NCBI GenBank assembly: GCA_019429005.1
Contig: JAHYJR010000001.1
Span: 8,663 to 72,662, forward strand
DNA: 64,000 bases
Reading direction: 5' to 3'
From: Nanobdellati archaeon
GTDB taxonomy: Archaea > EX4484-52 > GLR71
Shown piece after piece: positions 19,979 to 30,935 of the stretch; the first letter of the stretch is position 1, and every line of letters begins with the position of its first letter. The notes below the pieces were generated by a model. The model saw only the letters and a list, made by a program, of their open reading frames with translations. It did no database searches and was not told where the DNA came from. A program made the position numbers and the translations under genes.

Positions 19979-21214
19979 ATGCTTGAAAACATAATGTTTA
20001 TAATCAGTTTTATAAGCTTATACCTATCTGTTTTTTGGTTAAATATACATTATATCGAAAAACATGATATCAAAAAGACATACATCCTCACAAAAAAACC
20101 AATGATAACGTTTCTATTACCTGCATATAATGAAGAAAAAACAATAACTAGAACAATACAATCTATAATAAATGTTAATTATCCAAAAAATCTTTTTGAA
20201 ATTATCATCATAGACGATGGCTCTAAAGATAAAACCGCATCAATCGTTAAAGATTTAATTAAACAATATACTAATATTAAAATTAAATTGCTCCAACAAA
20301 AAAATAATGGTAAGGCCTCGGCACTAAATAATGGAATGACTAAAGCAACTGGAGAATATATCGCAATTGTAGATGCAGATTCACGAATTGAACCTAATTC
20401 AATAAAATATTTAATACCACATTTATATGAAAAAGATGTAGGTGCTGTAATAAGTTGTATTAAAATTGAAAATCCAAAAACAATAGTTGAACGACTTCAA
20501 AACATTGAGTACCTTATATCTACATTATTTAGACGATTATTTTCATCACTTGGAACACTTTTTGTCACACCGGGAGTATTGAGTTTATATAAAAAAGAAG
20601 CATTAGATACGGTTGGAAAATTTGATGAAGGAAATCTTACCGAAGATTTTGAAATCGCAATGAGATTACAATATAATGGCTATAATATCAAAAGTGAAAT
20701 TAACAGTATAACATATACAAAGGCACCAAATACATTTAAAGCGCTTGCAAAACAACGAATCAGATGGAATCGTGGATTTATTTATAACACTTTAAAATAT
20801 AAAGACATGCTTATCGGAAACAAATTCAACATATTAGTACGATTTCAAATTTCATTAAGTGTAATAGGTGCATTAATGCTTATGCTTGGAAGTGCAATTG
20901 TAACCTATGGTGTACTAGATAAAATTTACACATACATAATAAAAGCTATAACCATAAAAAGTTTGCCAAGATTATACGATATACCTAAGCTAAATGAGTT
21001 TATATTAAGTATGAATATAAAATTAATGATACCATTAATATTACTAACAATAATAGGTCTATATTTCATTAAAAAAGCACATAATTATACCGATGAAAAA
21101 ATGAAAATATCTCCAATATTATTCATGTATATAATAATATACCCCCTATTGCTTGCAAAATATTGGATAATTGGCTTCATACAAGAATATCGAAACGCAA
21201 AAAAAGAGTGGTAA
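19979..21214 (+). CDS. GT2 processive glycosyltransferase (PgaC/cellulose-synthase-like)
   Basis: PAYNEE, DDGS, GKASALN, DADS, TED, QRIRW. Confidence 0.92.
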   Translation: MLENIMFIISFISLYLSVFWLNIHYIEKHDIKKTYILTKKPMITFLLPAYNEEKTITRTIQSIINVNYPKNLFEIIIIDDGSKDKTASIVKDLIKQYTNIKIKLLQQKNNGKASALNNGMTKATGEYIAIVDADSRIEPNSIKYLIPHLYEKDVGAVISCIKIENPKTIVERLQNIEYLISTLFRRLFSSLGTLFVTPGVLSLYKKEALDTVGKFDEGNLTEDFEIAMRLQYNGYNIKSEINSITYTKAPNTFKALAKQRIRWNRGFIYNTLKYKDMLIGNKFNILVRFQISLSVIGALMLMLGSAIVTYGVLDKIYTYIIKAITIKSLPRLYDIPKLNEFILSMNIKLMIPLILLTIIGLYFIKKAHNYTDEKMKISPILFMYIIIYPLLLAKYWIIGFIQEYRNAKKEW

Positions 21215-21215
21215 T

Positions 21216-21884
21216 ATGACACAAGAATTAAAACGAAAATATCAAAAACACATGCTTATTACAAGTATGATTATAACTGTTGCTATATTTTTTGCAGGCA
21301 TGCTTTTTGGTATTGGACTTGATAAATACCGTATCAAAGAAGTCACAAACATATTAAATCAAAACGAACTTGATATGCAAAGTTACATAACAGAACAAAT
21401 GTTTTTTGAAAATCTTGATACAAATGAATGTGAACTAATAAAAACATCAATAATAAGCCTTACAAAAACAATTAGTAATATAGGACGTAAACTGGAACTA
21501 TATGGAAGTAAAACAACATTTGAAAATAGCGAATTTGATTATCTTAAAAGAAAATATTTTATCTCTGAAATTAGACTTTACAACCACATAACAAGTTATA
21601 GAAAAGATTGTGGTGCTAATTATGATGTACTTTTATATTTTTATAAAATTGATGATGAGCTTTCAATAAGACAAGGATATATATTAGATGACTTATTTTT
21701 AGAAAGAAATAATGATATGACAACATTATCCTTTGATATTGAATATAAAGAAGAACCACTTCTAGACATAATCAAACAAAAATATAACATAACACAAAGT
21801 CCTGCAATAATCATAAACGGAGACAAAACATTTCAAGGAAAAATAATAAATAAATATGAAATCAAAGAATATTTAAATAATTAA
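21216..21884 (+). CDS. Membrane-anchored hypothetical protein, coupled to the GT2
   Basis: N-terminal TM, helical middle, thioredoxin-like-looking C-terminus. Confidence 0.7.
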   Translation: MTQELKRKYQKHMLITSMIITVAIFFAGMLFGIGLDKYRIKEVTNILNQNELDMQSYITEQMFFENLDTNECELIKTSIISLTKTISNIGRKLELYGSKTTFENSEFDYLKRKYFISEIRLYNHITSYRKDCGANYDVLLYFYKIDDELSIRQGYILDDLFLERNNDMTTLSFDIEYKEEPLLDIIKQKYNITQSPAIIINGDKTFQGKIINKYEIKEYLNN

Positions 21885-21898
21885 ATTACGTGTGATAA

Positions 21899-22312
21899 TT
21901 GATGAAAAAAGACAAAAACACTAAAACTGAAACAAAGACTAAAGAAATTGAAACCGAAAATAAAAAAAACGAAACAGATACTAAAAAAAATGAAACAAAA
22001 AACACTAAAACAAAAGATGAAAAACCTAAACAAATAGACAAAAGTCTTATTATATTATTAATAATAATACTAATATTACTAGTTTTTTCAATCAATATAA
22101 TATCAAATAAAATCCAATATGATGCTACAATGAGAGAATGTAAAGAAATAGAAAATCATGAAAGCCTTTCAATACCATGTAACTGTTACCCATACACTAA
22201 ACCTGAAGACATTTCGGAAATTATTAAAAAAAATACTAACCAGTTTTGTAGATGTTTATGTGAAATTGGAGAAAACCAAACAAAATATTTTGATATATTA
22301 AGAGCAAAATAA
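21899..22312 (+). CDS. Hypothetical single-TM protein with Cys-rich C-terminus
   Basis: K/T/E-rich N-terminus, TM, CNC/CRCLC. Confidence 0.65.
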   Translation: MMKKDKNTKTETKTKEIETENKKNETDTKKNETKNTKTKDEKPKQIDKSLIILLIIILILLVFSINIISNKIQYDATMRECKEIENHESLSIPCNCYPYTKPEDISEIIKKNTNQFCRCLCEIGENQTKYFDILRAK

Positions 22313-22358
22313 ACATTAATTCAAAAGATTTTAACATATATAAAATAAAAAACCAAAT

Positions 22359-23615
22359 TTATAAATTAAAAAATTCTCTCAAAAATACTGTTGCATAAGA
22401 TCCTTTTGAAAGAGTAAATGCTATTTTAATTTTACTACGACCCACATTCAAATCGTCTTCAGAAATATCAATTACTTTAAAATCTCGTGCAAACTCAAAT
22501 GCATTTCTATTACCACCTTTAGAAGATAATACCTCCATACCCTCTACCCTAAAATCAGATAAATCTATTTTTTCTTCAGAAAAAACCAAACGAAGCGCAT
22601 CAACAAGGTTCCGATTCCTAGGTAAGTTCATATGATAACCAAAATAAGGTATCTGTATTTTTTTATCTGAAATATTACCTTTAATCAAAATATTAAGCAC
22701 TTTATTAAAAAGATATGATTGATATGCGTGTATAAACATACGCCTAAGTTGAAGCGGAAATTTCTGTATTGCACCTTTATAATTTTCAGGATAATCTACA
22801 AGATATTGTACAAGCATACGCTCATAACTTTTAAGATCATTACTTTCAAGAGCTTGTTTGGGATTGCTTGCGGCTAAAGTTCTAATTGCAGCAGATCTAG
22901 AATTATCGCCAGGAAATATTTTTGAAACATAATCCAAAACAGCACTCTTATAATTACCCTTAAGAATATGCTTACCTATTATATGCGTAATTGGCCTCTT
23001 ATCACCAAAACGTTGCGGTCCAAAATAATTCGGATACGGAATAGTTTCTTTAAAATCAAAAAAGGTGCTTAACTTATCACTTACACAATCAATATTACGT
23101 AAAACGATTGTAAAACGATTACCCAACAAATCTCCAAGCTGTATTTTAGAGCCACAACCAAGGTATTTTAACGAAATATCTTTTACATTAAAATTAGATA
23201 TAGCTTCTTTTGTAGTATTTGCTATAGATATTATTTGTGTTGTTACTGCCCGTTTATCTTTGGTACCCGCAAAAGCTATGTCATTTCGACGCACATTCAA
23301 TGCTTTAGCTACAACATCAATGGCTTTAAATGGGTCATAATCTATTTTGTGTAGTAAGACATAACTAACACCCCCATCCCCCCCACGTACCGTACCAACA
23401 CTACCAACATTTCTATCCTGTTGAGTTCCCTTACTATATTTAAGAATATCAAAATTAAAATTATCTTCGCTAACAGAATCAAAAGACATTAACTGACCTG
23501 AACGAGATATCTCCTCCACCACAAAATCCGACGGAATCTGCTTTAATTTTGCATGAAGTTTAACTCCAGACCTAAGAGTCAAAATCGTTGATAAAGAATC
23601 CATATTATATAACAC
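22359..23615 (-). CDS. truD: tRNA pseudouridine(13) synthase
   Basis: DFVVEE, AGTKDKRAVTTQ, GNRFTI, NYFGPQRFG, HAYQSYLFN, GSYATV. Confidence 0.95.
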   Translation of the reverse strand: MLYNMDSLSTILTLRSGVKLHAKLKQIPSDFVVEEISRSGQLMSFDSVSEDNFNFDILKYSKGTQQDRNVGSVGTVRGGDGGVSYVLLHKIDYDPFKAIDVVAKALNVRRNDIAFAGTKDKRAVTTQIISIANTTKEAISNFNVKDISLKYLGCGSKIQLGDLLGNRFTIVLRNIDCVSDKLSTFFDFKETIPYPNYFGPQRFGDKRPITHIIGKHILKGNYKSAVLDYVSKIFPGDNSRSAAIRTLAASNPKQALESNDLKSYERMLVQYLVDYPENYKGAIQKFPLQLRRMFIHAYQSYLFNKVLNILIKGNISDKKIQIPYFGYHMNLPRNRNLVDALRLVFSEEKIDLSDFRVEGMEVLSSKGGNRNAFEFARDFKVIDISEDDLNVGRSKIKIAFTLSKGSYATVFLREFFNL

Positions 23616-23645
23616 AATAAAATTTAAAAAAGAAGAAATGAGACA

Positions 23646-24083
23646 TTAAATTGTCTCAATACTGAACTTTCTCTCAAGCTCACGTACCATAGATTCTACA
23701 TCCCCTCTGATACCTATAAGATGACTTACAATTCTATCTTTTTCGGCATCGAGATCTTCTGCTTTCAAAAATTTATCTGTAGCTCTCTGAAAATCATCCA
23801 TTTCAATCATAGAATATCTACTAGTTGCCATTTCTTCCGAAACTTTCTTTATCATTTCACCAAGAAACAGATTCATAGCAATCTTCACTTTTGAACTAAT
23901 CATTTTATCAGGCATATTCTTTTTCATTAGTCTTACAACTGTTGCCATAGGTAACGGATATTTACCATCATCTTCAGAAACGTCAGCAACATCTGAAAAA
24001 TTTTCATCAAAATTTTCTTCTGTATCTGCCACATCATCAGTAATAATCTCAATATTACTTTCTTCAATATCTTCTTGTGTCAT
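23646..24083 (-). CDS. Histone-fold protein of the coiled-coil (HMfC-like) type with acidic N-terminal tail
   Basis: PLPMATVVRLMK...DKMIS..VKIAMNLFLGE...EKDRIVSHL; SD GAGGTG before ATG 24083. Confidence 0.75.
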   Translation of the reverse strand: MTQEDIEESNIEIITDDVADTEENFDENFSDVADVSEDDGKYPLPMATVVRLMKKNMPDKMISSKVKIAMNLFLGEMIKKVSEEMATSRYSMIEMDDFQRATDKFLKAEDLDAEKDRIVSHLIGIRGDVESMVRELERKFSIETI

Positions 24084-24284
24084 TTTTAGCACCTCATAAA
24101 AATTAATAATATAATAATATTATCTTCCCAAAATCATCAAAAATTTAGACTAAAAATCAAATATATGATTTTCAAAACATATAATTAATTTTAGATAGCT
24201 ATTTTTATATACTTTTATATTATAATAGATAAAATAATATATTAAGATTATCTAATTGTATAGGATTAACCACAAAACAATTAA

Positions 24285-24728
24285 ATGATAACAAATAATA
24301 TTCAAATGGTGATAATAATGGGTATACTTGGTATAACTTATGATAAAATAATGGCTGAAAGAACTGGTGTCAAAAACCAGAAAATAAGTGTTAACACAAC
24401 ATCGTTAATAAAAGATATAACAAAAGTAACGTTAAATGCATTTGAAAAAACAGTAGAATCATTAAATGTTAAATTTGAATTAAAAAGTGAATTCAAACCT
24501 AAAATTGGATTTGTTGAGATAACAGGTACAATAATATATACTGTAAAAAATACAGATGATTTAATTAAACAATGGAAGAAAAATAAAACAATGTCTGAAG
24601 AAAACCGAGTTGAACTTACAAACTATATTTTCAGAAATGCACTTCCAAAAGCATTAATGCTTACAGATTTAATGCAACTACCACCTGTGGTTGACATACC
24701 TCAAGCAGTTGCAAAACAGAATAAATGA
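24285..24728 (+). CDS. Conserved archaeal hypothetical protein
   Basis: Clean ORF; beta-rich pattern ending LMQLPP. Confidence 0.75.
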   Translation: MITNNIQMVIIMGILGITYDKIMAERTGVKNQKISVNTTSLIKDITKVTLNAFEKTVESLNVKFELKSEFKPKIGFVEITGTIIYTVKNTDDLIKQWKKNKTMSEENRVELTNYIFRNALPKALMLTDLMQLPPVVDIPQAVAKQNK

Positions 24729-24745
24729 TATCTTTAAGATATCAT
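24725..24745. terminator. Inverted repeat ATGATATCTT/AAGATATCAT between convergent genes
   Basis: Read directly. Confidence 0.5.
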
Positions 24746-24748
24746 ATT

Positions 24749-25684
24749 TTACTTTTTGTCTTTATTTTTTAATTGCTTATTACTGATAAACTCAATCAAA
24801 TTTGTTCTTCCTCGTGGCACTTTACGAATTAAGCCGCGCTCACCAAGATCTCGTATAATGCGACTAACACGAGCTTTTGAGAAATCCGTTTCCTTAACAA
24901 TTTTCCTCTGTATACAACTGCCACCACTTGACATAATAATATCAAGAACAGATTTTTCATCTTTTTTTAATACTGATAAAATAGTCTCAACTTTTGGTTT
25001 TGAAAAAAACTTTAAAAAAATAAAATAGCTTATTATAATTATCAAAATCAAATAAATAAAAAGATTGTCTGACTCGGATAAAGATAAAGTCTCATAAGTA
25101 GCTTCAAAAGAATATGTTTTACCAAGACTCAAATCAAAAAGACTCCAATAAATATTAATATTACGACCCGTACTACCAATTGTACCATAACTCGGAAAAT
25201 AAGGCACAACATCACCAATCATTTCAACAAGACCCATACCATCTGGAAGTACAACAGATACAGATACACTATCTGTAGGACTCATAACACCTAAATTATA
25301 ACTAAACAAAATTGCTTGCCCTTCAGTTTTCTGTAAATTAAATGCATCAAAATACAAATTTATTATATAACCATCAGACACATCCACATTTGGAACACAA
25401 ACAATTTGAGTACCATATGAAAGCTGTTCCATAGTACAAGATACAGGACCACCAGAATCAAAAGCTTTAATATTACTTATTCTAGAACTCACAATATAGT
25501 AAACTTCGGTTGTTGTAATGTCACTAAAATTAAGCATAATTCCTAATTTAGCCGAAAAATCATCAAAAAGCTCAATTGAAACATCCTGAGAAGCAATCTG
25601 TGATGCATTGACACCAGGTATAATTAGATAAATCAAAAATACAATAAAAACAAACAACATTTTAATATTTTTTGACATAAACAA
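24749..25684 (-). CDS. Membrane protein with external beta domain and C-terminal wHTH
   Basis: Signal peptide, TM, LKKDEKSVL...QRKIVKETDFSKARVSR...GRTN. Confidence 0.8.
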   Translation of the reverse strand: MFMSKNIKMLFVFIVFLIYLIIPGVNASQIASQDVSIELFDDFSAKLGIMLNFSDITTTEVYYIVSSRISNIKAFDSGGPVSCTMEQLSYGTQIVCVPNVDVSDGYIINLYFDAFNLQKTEGQAILFSYNLGVMSPTDSVSVSVVLPDGMGLVEMIGDVVPYFPSYGTIGSTGRNINIYWSLFDLSLGKTYSFEATYETLSLSESDNLFIYLILIIIISYFIFLKFFSKPKVETILSVLKKDEKSVLDIIMSSGGSCIQRKIVKETDFSKARVSRIIRDLGERGLIRKVPRGRTNLIEFISNKQLKNKDKK

Positions 25685-25731
25685 TCAACCGATACTTAAT
25701 ATACCCTATTTAAATTTAATACTAGATTAAG

Positions 25732-26169
25732 TTATTTAGATATTATAAAACCGCCTGCACCAGATGCCGCAAACTGATGCATCATTTCAGCCATAGCCAA
25801 TAAAGAATTTTGAGCATCTCTCATTGATAATATGATTTTTTCAGGTTCAAGAACTTCAAGTGCACTAGGTCCAAAAGAAATTGTAAGATGTACAAGCTCT
25901 TCAAAATTTTCTGCAAGAACAACAATTTCAAGAATCTGACTATACACTTCATTAATTCCCCTTTCACGAAGTTGTGGAATTGGCTCAGTTTTTTCTAGTG
26001 TACTAAACGATTCTTCAATTACTTTAATATGTTTTGTCTTCTTTATTTTATCTAAATGCTTATTGAGTAATTCATTTGTAGATTTTTCAGTAATCCCTTG
26101 TGTCTCAAAAATAAGACCACATTTAATCCAACCCTCGGAAATAAGTAATTTTAACTCAGATTTATCCAT
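25732..26169 (-). CDS. Conserved archaeal hypothetical protein
   Basis: FGPSALEVLEP motif; clean ORF. Confidence 0.75.
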   Translation of the reverse strand: MDKSELKLLISEGWIKCGLIFETQGITEKSTNELLNKHLDKIKKTKHIKVIEESFSTLEKTEPIPQLRERGINEVYSQILEIVVLAENFEELVHLTISFGPSALEVLEPEKIILSMRDAQNSLLAMAEMMHQFAASGAGGFIISK

Positions 26170-26514
26170 AAAAACGCCAATTTAAACTTTATTTTTAATT
26201 TTGAAACAAAAAAAATCCCGTTGAACATTTAAACTTGATAATGAACAATTGAAGATTTATATAAATTATTTTTATCTTCTAAAATATATAAAAAAATGCA
26301 TAACAAACGTTAAAAAGTCAAACATTTTAATAATTCGCACATTTTTACAAATAATATTTTACATAATATACCTAATTAATTTCAAAACAAAAGTATATAA
26401 TTATATAACTTATAAATTACAATAAAACTAATTATATTATTATGTATAAGTAACAAAAAGACAAAGATATATAAAGATTCATCAAACAATCATAAAATAA
26501 GCATAAATTAGGGT

Positions 26515-27561
26515 ATGATAACTATGATACTTAAAAATAATAAGGATAATCAAAAAAAGACTATCTTTAAAGCCTTACTATTATCAACACTAATATACCT
26601 TTTAATTATGGCGATAATGCCTATTGTTTCAGCTGAATACTCAAGCATTTCTTTAAACATATACCCTCTTGAGATATACACCGAAAATTTTGTAACAATA
26701 TATGGTTATGTAGGACCTGTTGAAGGAAAACAATACGTACATATGTATGTTGATACAGACTATATGGGTTTAGTAAAAGTAAACCAAGACGGATATTATA
26801 CAAAAGATATAAGAATGTTTGATGACGGACGACATAAAATCACAGTCAGAATAAACAATGTTGAAAAATATGGTTATATACAAGTAATACAAGCACCACC
26901 TTACACTATAAACACACAAAGAGATTGCACTATATGTGAAACAACAATAATATATGATAATACAGTCATAATATCTGACGAACCTAAAGAAAAAGAGCAT
27001 AAATATGTAACAGTTGATGTAAGTACAAACGAAATAGATTTAAACAGATATGAAGGAAACACAATAATAATTAAAGTAACAAATAATCTTGGAGAAAATG
27101 AAATATTCTCAATAGAAACTGATTTTGATCAAAATATGCTTTTTCTCCCACATAAAGAAGTAATTGATGACAGCAAATCAAAATTATTCCATATATACTT
27201 CAATCCACGAGATAAAGAAGGCAGATATTATGGAACAATCTATGTAAAACAAGACACTACAATAATAAGAGAAATACCAATCACATTGTTTGTAGCAAAA
27301 AACCCAATAGATAATACAAATAAAAATACAATGTCTGGAATTTATGAAATTATAGGCTTATTATTATTAACAATCATTTTTTCGGCAATAATAATAACAA
27401 CACTTATGAAAAACACACGAACAAGTCCAAAACCGTTAAGTTTAAACCATTTAAATATGGTAATGACACAACCAAAAAGTATTAACGCAACACCTAAAGC
27501 AATAAAAAAGGGAAACCTATATGAAAAATATTTTACAACATGGAATAATGTAAAATATTAA
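26515..27561 (+). CDS. Secreted, C-terminally anchored Ig-like protein
   Basis: Signal peptide ending VSA, beta-rich body, C-terminal TM. Confidence 0.7.
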   Translation: MITMILKNNKDNQKKTIFKALLLSTLIYLLIMAIMPIVSAEYSSISLNIYPLEIYTENFVTIYGYVGPVEGKQYVHMYVDTDYMGLVKVNQDGYYTKDIRMFDDGRHKITVRINNVEKYGYIQVIQAPPYTINTQRDCTICETTIIYDNTVIISDEPKEKEHKYVTVDVSTNEIDLNRYEGNTIIIKVTNNLGENEIFSIETDFDQNMLFLPHKEVIDDSKSKLFHIYFNPRDKEGRYYGTIYVKQDTTIIREIPITLFVAKNPIDNTNKNTMSGIYEIIGLLLLTIIFSAIIITTLMKNTRTSPKPLSLNHLNMVMTQPKSINATPKAIKKGNLYEKYFTTWNNVKY

Positions 27562-27632
27562 AAAGATACATAACAAAAGATTAAATATTTACTCTGTATA
27601 AATGATAAATAAGTTAAATTTGGTGGTAACAA

Positions 27633-29789
27633 ATGAAAAATACAATAAATAAAAATTATTTTTATGTTGTAAGCGCAATGCTGCTTGCAATATTTTTAAT
27701 TTCTGGAACAGTATCTGCTACAAATTATGCGGCAGATTTCACATTAGATGTGAATGCTTTAAGTTTATGTCCAACAGGATCATCTCAAGTAACAGGAATT
27801 ATTAAAAATCTTGGAACTGATGATGATACTTATACAATAACAAGTTCAAGCAACTGGATTATTATTGCACCAGATAAGCCAACAATAACAGCAGGAGCTA
27901 GGGAAAATATATATATGTATCTAAATCCGAAAATTGATGCAAACCCGGGCATATATACAATTACAATAAAAGTTCAACCAAAATCAGATATTAGTAGAAC
28001 ATACACACAAGAAATAACATTAACAGTTATGAACTGCCATGGAGTTTCTATAACACCAAAAACATTTGAATACGAAGGTTGTGTCGGTGAAGACATAACA
28101 CCAACATTTGAAATCACAAATACTGGTAAATCTGAAGAATCATTCATATTATGTACCGATAATAAAATTTGTTCTAACACAATCACAATAGATTCTGGTA
28201 AAACAAAAGACATGACACTTACAATACCATTAACTTCAAATTTTGAAGTTTTAGATACAACAGTACAATCAATAACTTCATATGCAAAAGATTCTGCAAA
28301 GATACAACTTGAAGCTACAGCTGTATGTTATAGTGTTGCTGTATTAACAACACCTTTAGAAAAAACAGTATGTAAAGGCGATGTTGCACAATTTGATATA
28401 ATAATCAAAAACATAGGTGGTAAAGAAGATTCATTCTTAATATCCCGCGATATCTACAGTACAATAGATAATGATAAACTATTTATCCTTTCAAAAGATA
28501 CCGCAAAAACACAAATATCAATACCAACAACAAATATGGATTTTGGAAAACATGAATTCGTTATTACATCAGAATCACAATCCAGCATAGACACATCAAA
28601 ATCAATAATAAATGTAGAAAATTGTTATACATCTGATGTTACAATTGAACCAACATCTGATGAAGTATGTCCTGGACGACCTTCAAGTTATATAATAAAT
28701 ATTGAAAATACTGGAAAACGAACAGACACATATAAAATTAACACAGAATATGGTGAATTATCAAATAATCAAGTAAAACTAGAGGTAAACGATAATTTAA
28801 ACACAATCTTAGTAGTAAATTCTGAAAAAACTGAAATTGGAACAAAAAACATAACAGTAGACATTATTTCAGAAAACACAGGAATAAAAACAAAAATAGT
28901 AACACAGAAACTAAAAGATTTAGATGAATGTTATGGTTTTAATGTTATACCAGAAACTCAAGTCCATACAATAAATGAATATAAGGGTGTATTATTTACA
29001 ATAGATGTAAAAAACACAGGGTTATACCCAATTAATGTTCAAGCAACAGCAACAAAAGGTCATGATTTAATAAAGATTGATCCAATAGAAAGTCAAACAA
29101 TAAGTATGGATGAGAACGGAATTGTATATATCTACATGAATGCTGAATATGGTACTGAAGATGGCACATATACAACAACAATTACATTAGTTAATGAATA
29201 TGGCATAAAGAAAGAAGCTGAATTAAGTCTTGTACTTAATACAAATAGTATTACAGGAAATACAATTGCAACAAAAGATACAAAAACGTCTACAAATACA
29301 AAAGACACTTCAGCAAAAACAGACATATCAGATACTAATAATGATTCGCCAGGAAAAATAAATTATTCAAACATTATAACTGCACTCTTAATCGGCATTA
29401 TTATAATACTTGTGATAATCTTTGGTCCTGACCTTCTAAAAGATGAAGAAGACGAAAAAGATAAAAAAACAAAAAAAAATGAAGATACAAAAGAAAAACC
29501 AATTGAAGTTAAAAAAGAAAAACCAATTGAAGTTAAAAAAGAAAAACCAAAAAGTAATAACACTGAAAAAGAGACTGTAAAAGAAAAAACAGTTACCACA
29601 AAAACAGTAACAGTAACAAAAGAAGCCCCTAAGAAAAAAGAACAAATTAAAAAGAAAAAAACTAAAAAACCCGAAAATAAAAATAAAGTTATAACTAAAA
29701 CAGAAGTTGTAACTAAAGAAACAAAGGTAGAACCACCAAAAAAACCTTCTATAGATAAGGATATTCAAGATATCCTTGATAACATATAA
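27633..29789 (+). CDS. Cell-surface protein with ~5 tandem Ig-like (NEW3/CARDB-like) domains, TM anchor and Lys/Glu-rich tail
   Basis: Repeating C...NxG..D.Y/F...C units; TM near residue 590. Confidence 0.75.
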   Translation: MKNTINKNYFYVVSAMLLAIFLISGTVSATNYAADFTLDVNALSLCPTGSSQVTGIIKNLGTDDDTYTITSSSNWIIIAPDKPTITAGARENIYMYLNPKIDANPGIYTITIKVQPKSDISRTYTQEITLTVMNCHGVSITPKTFEYEGCVGEDITPTFEITNTGKSEESFILCTDNKICSNTITIDSGKTKDMTLTIPLTSNFEVLDTTVQSITSYAKDSAKIQLEATAVCYSVAVLTTPLEKTVCKGDVAQFDIIIKNIGGKEDSFLISRDIYSTIDNDKLFILSKDTAKTQISIPTTNMDFGKHEFVITSESQSSIDTSKSIINVENCYTSDVTIEPTSDEVCPGRPSSYIINIENTGKRTDTYKINTEYGELSNNQVKLEVNDNLNTILVVNSEKTEIGTKNITVDIISENTGIKTKIVTQKLKDLDECYGFNVIPETQVHTINEYKGVLFTIDVKNTGLYPINVQATATKGHDLIKIDPIESQTISMDENGIVYIYMNAEYGTEDGTYTTTITLVNEYGIKKEAELSLVLNTNSITGNTIATKDTKTSTNTKDTSAKTDISDTNNDSPGKINYSNIITALLIGIIIILVIIFGPDLLKDEEDEKDKKTKKNEDTKEKPIEVKKEKPIEVKKEKPKSNNTEKETVKEKTVTTKTVTVTKEAPKKKEQIKKKKTKKPENKNKVITKTEVVTKETKVEPPKKPSIDKDIQDILDNI

Positions 29790-29824
29790 AAAAACAATTA
29801 AAAAAATAACAACCTCAATATAAC

Positions 29825-29856
29825 ATAAGACCCCTTATGGGTCTTATTATTTTTTT
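29825..29856 (+). terminator. Hairpin ATAAGACCC/GGGTCTTAT plus T-tract
   Basis: 9-bp stem between convergent genes. Confidence 0.7.
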
Positions 29857-29882
29857 CTAAAACAAAACAATCAATAACATAC

Positions 29883-30851
29883 TCAATATGCTTTTGTACC
29901 TTCAACAGAAACAAGTGTTTTTGCATCAATATAATAATTATAATCAAAACGCAATATTAGATCTGATACTTGCATAGGCACAGCACCACCTGATGAGATA
30001 GGACATTCCATTGTGAAACTTGCACTTGTTTTCCCGGCTTGATTCTTAAAAAAATAAACCTCATCAGCCTTAAGACTGCCCGTATCACAATCAATACCTG
30101 CTATTTTCAAATCAAAATCTTGAAGTGCTTTAAAGAGTTCATTATCTAAAGTATAATCATCAATCTCACTACAATTCTTTATTAACGTGCCACCACCAAC
30201 ATCATACAGATTAAGTTTCAACACAATATTATCTTTATATACAAGGGGTTGTAAAGACGTTATCTCAAGTTTTATAGGACCTCTTGTCTGCTCAAGAACA
30301 ATAGGCTGTTGTCTTATACCGCCATCTATCTGTTTAGATAGGTACTCTTCTTTAGAATACATCACAACTTTAGCATTTGCAATCGTACTATAACCATAAC
30401 AAACACGAACCATAGCATTAAAATCAAAAGACATATCTTTAGGTAATTCTTCAGGAGCTCTTAAAGGCCATGATATATAAACAGTATCTCCAGGAACCTT
30501 CATAACCTCATAAGGTGGTGATAGAGGATTTAAAATAATCTTAGAATCATCAGAAATCATATAATTCCTTGGTGAAACTATATTTGGTTCAGATATAGTC
30601 CAATCATTACTCAAACCAAAAAGATATACATAAACATCTCCGGTCTTGACACTACCAGTATTCTCAAAGTTCAAAGACAGAACTGAAAGCTCGTTATCTT
30701 TAACGGCCGGCGGACTAAAATCTAATGAATTAAAAACAACACCATTGCCTAACCTGAAGACACCAACACCACTAGAATAAACACACCCTGACGTGAATAG
30801 TATAATTAACATAGATATAAATATAAAAAAAGAATTAAAACGCATACACAA
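29883..30851 (-). CDS. Putative lipoprotein, paralogue family
   Basis: LFTSGC lipobox-like; FENTG, CYGY, GPI, YNYY motifs. Confidence 0.75.
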   Translation of the reverse strand: MCMRFNSFFIFISMLIILFTSGCVYSSGVGVFRLGNGVVFNSLDFSPPAVKDNELSVLSLNFENTGSVKTGDVYVYLFGLSNDWTISEPNIVSPRNYMISDDSKIILNPLSPPYEVMKVPGDTVYISWPLRAPEELPKDMSFDFNAMVRVCYGYSTIANAKVVMYSKEEYLSKQIDGGIRQQPIVLEQTRGPIKLEITSLQPLVYKDNIVLKLNLYDVGGGTLIKNCSEIDDYTLDNELFKALQDFDLKIAGIDCDTGSLKADEVYFFKNQAGKTSASFTMECPISSGGAVPMQVSDLILRFDYNYYIDAKTLVSVEGTKAY

Positions 30852-30889
30852 TCACATCTATTTGGTTTACTTAGTATTTAAAGATTATA

Positions 30890-30925
30890 AGAAAAAAAAG
30901 AAAAGAAAAAGAGGATTAACCTCTT
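30890..30925 (-). terminator. Hairpin AAGAGG/CCTCTT plus T-tract (minus strand)
   Basis: Just after the stop of 30936-31892. Confidence 0.55.
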
Positions 30926-30935
30926 AAACTTTAAA

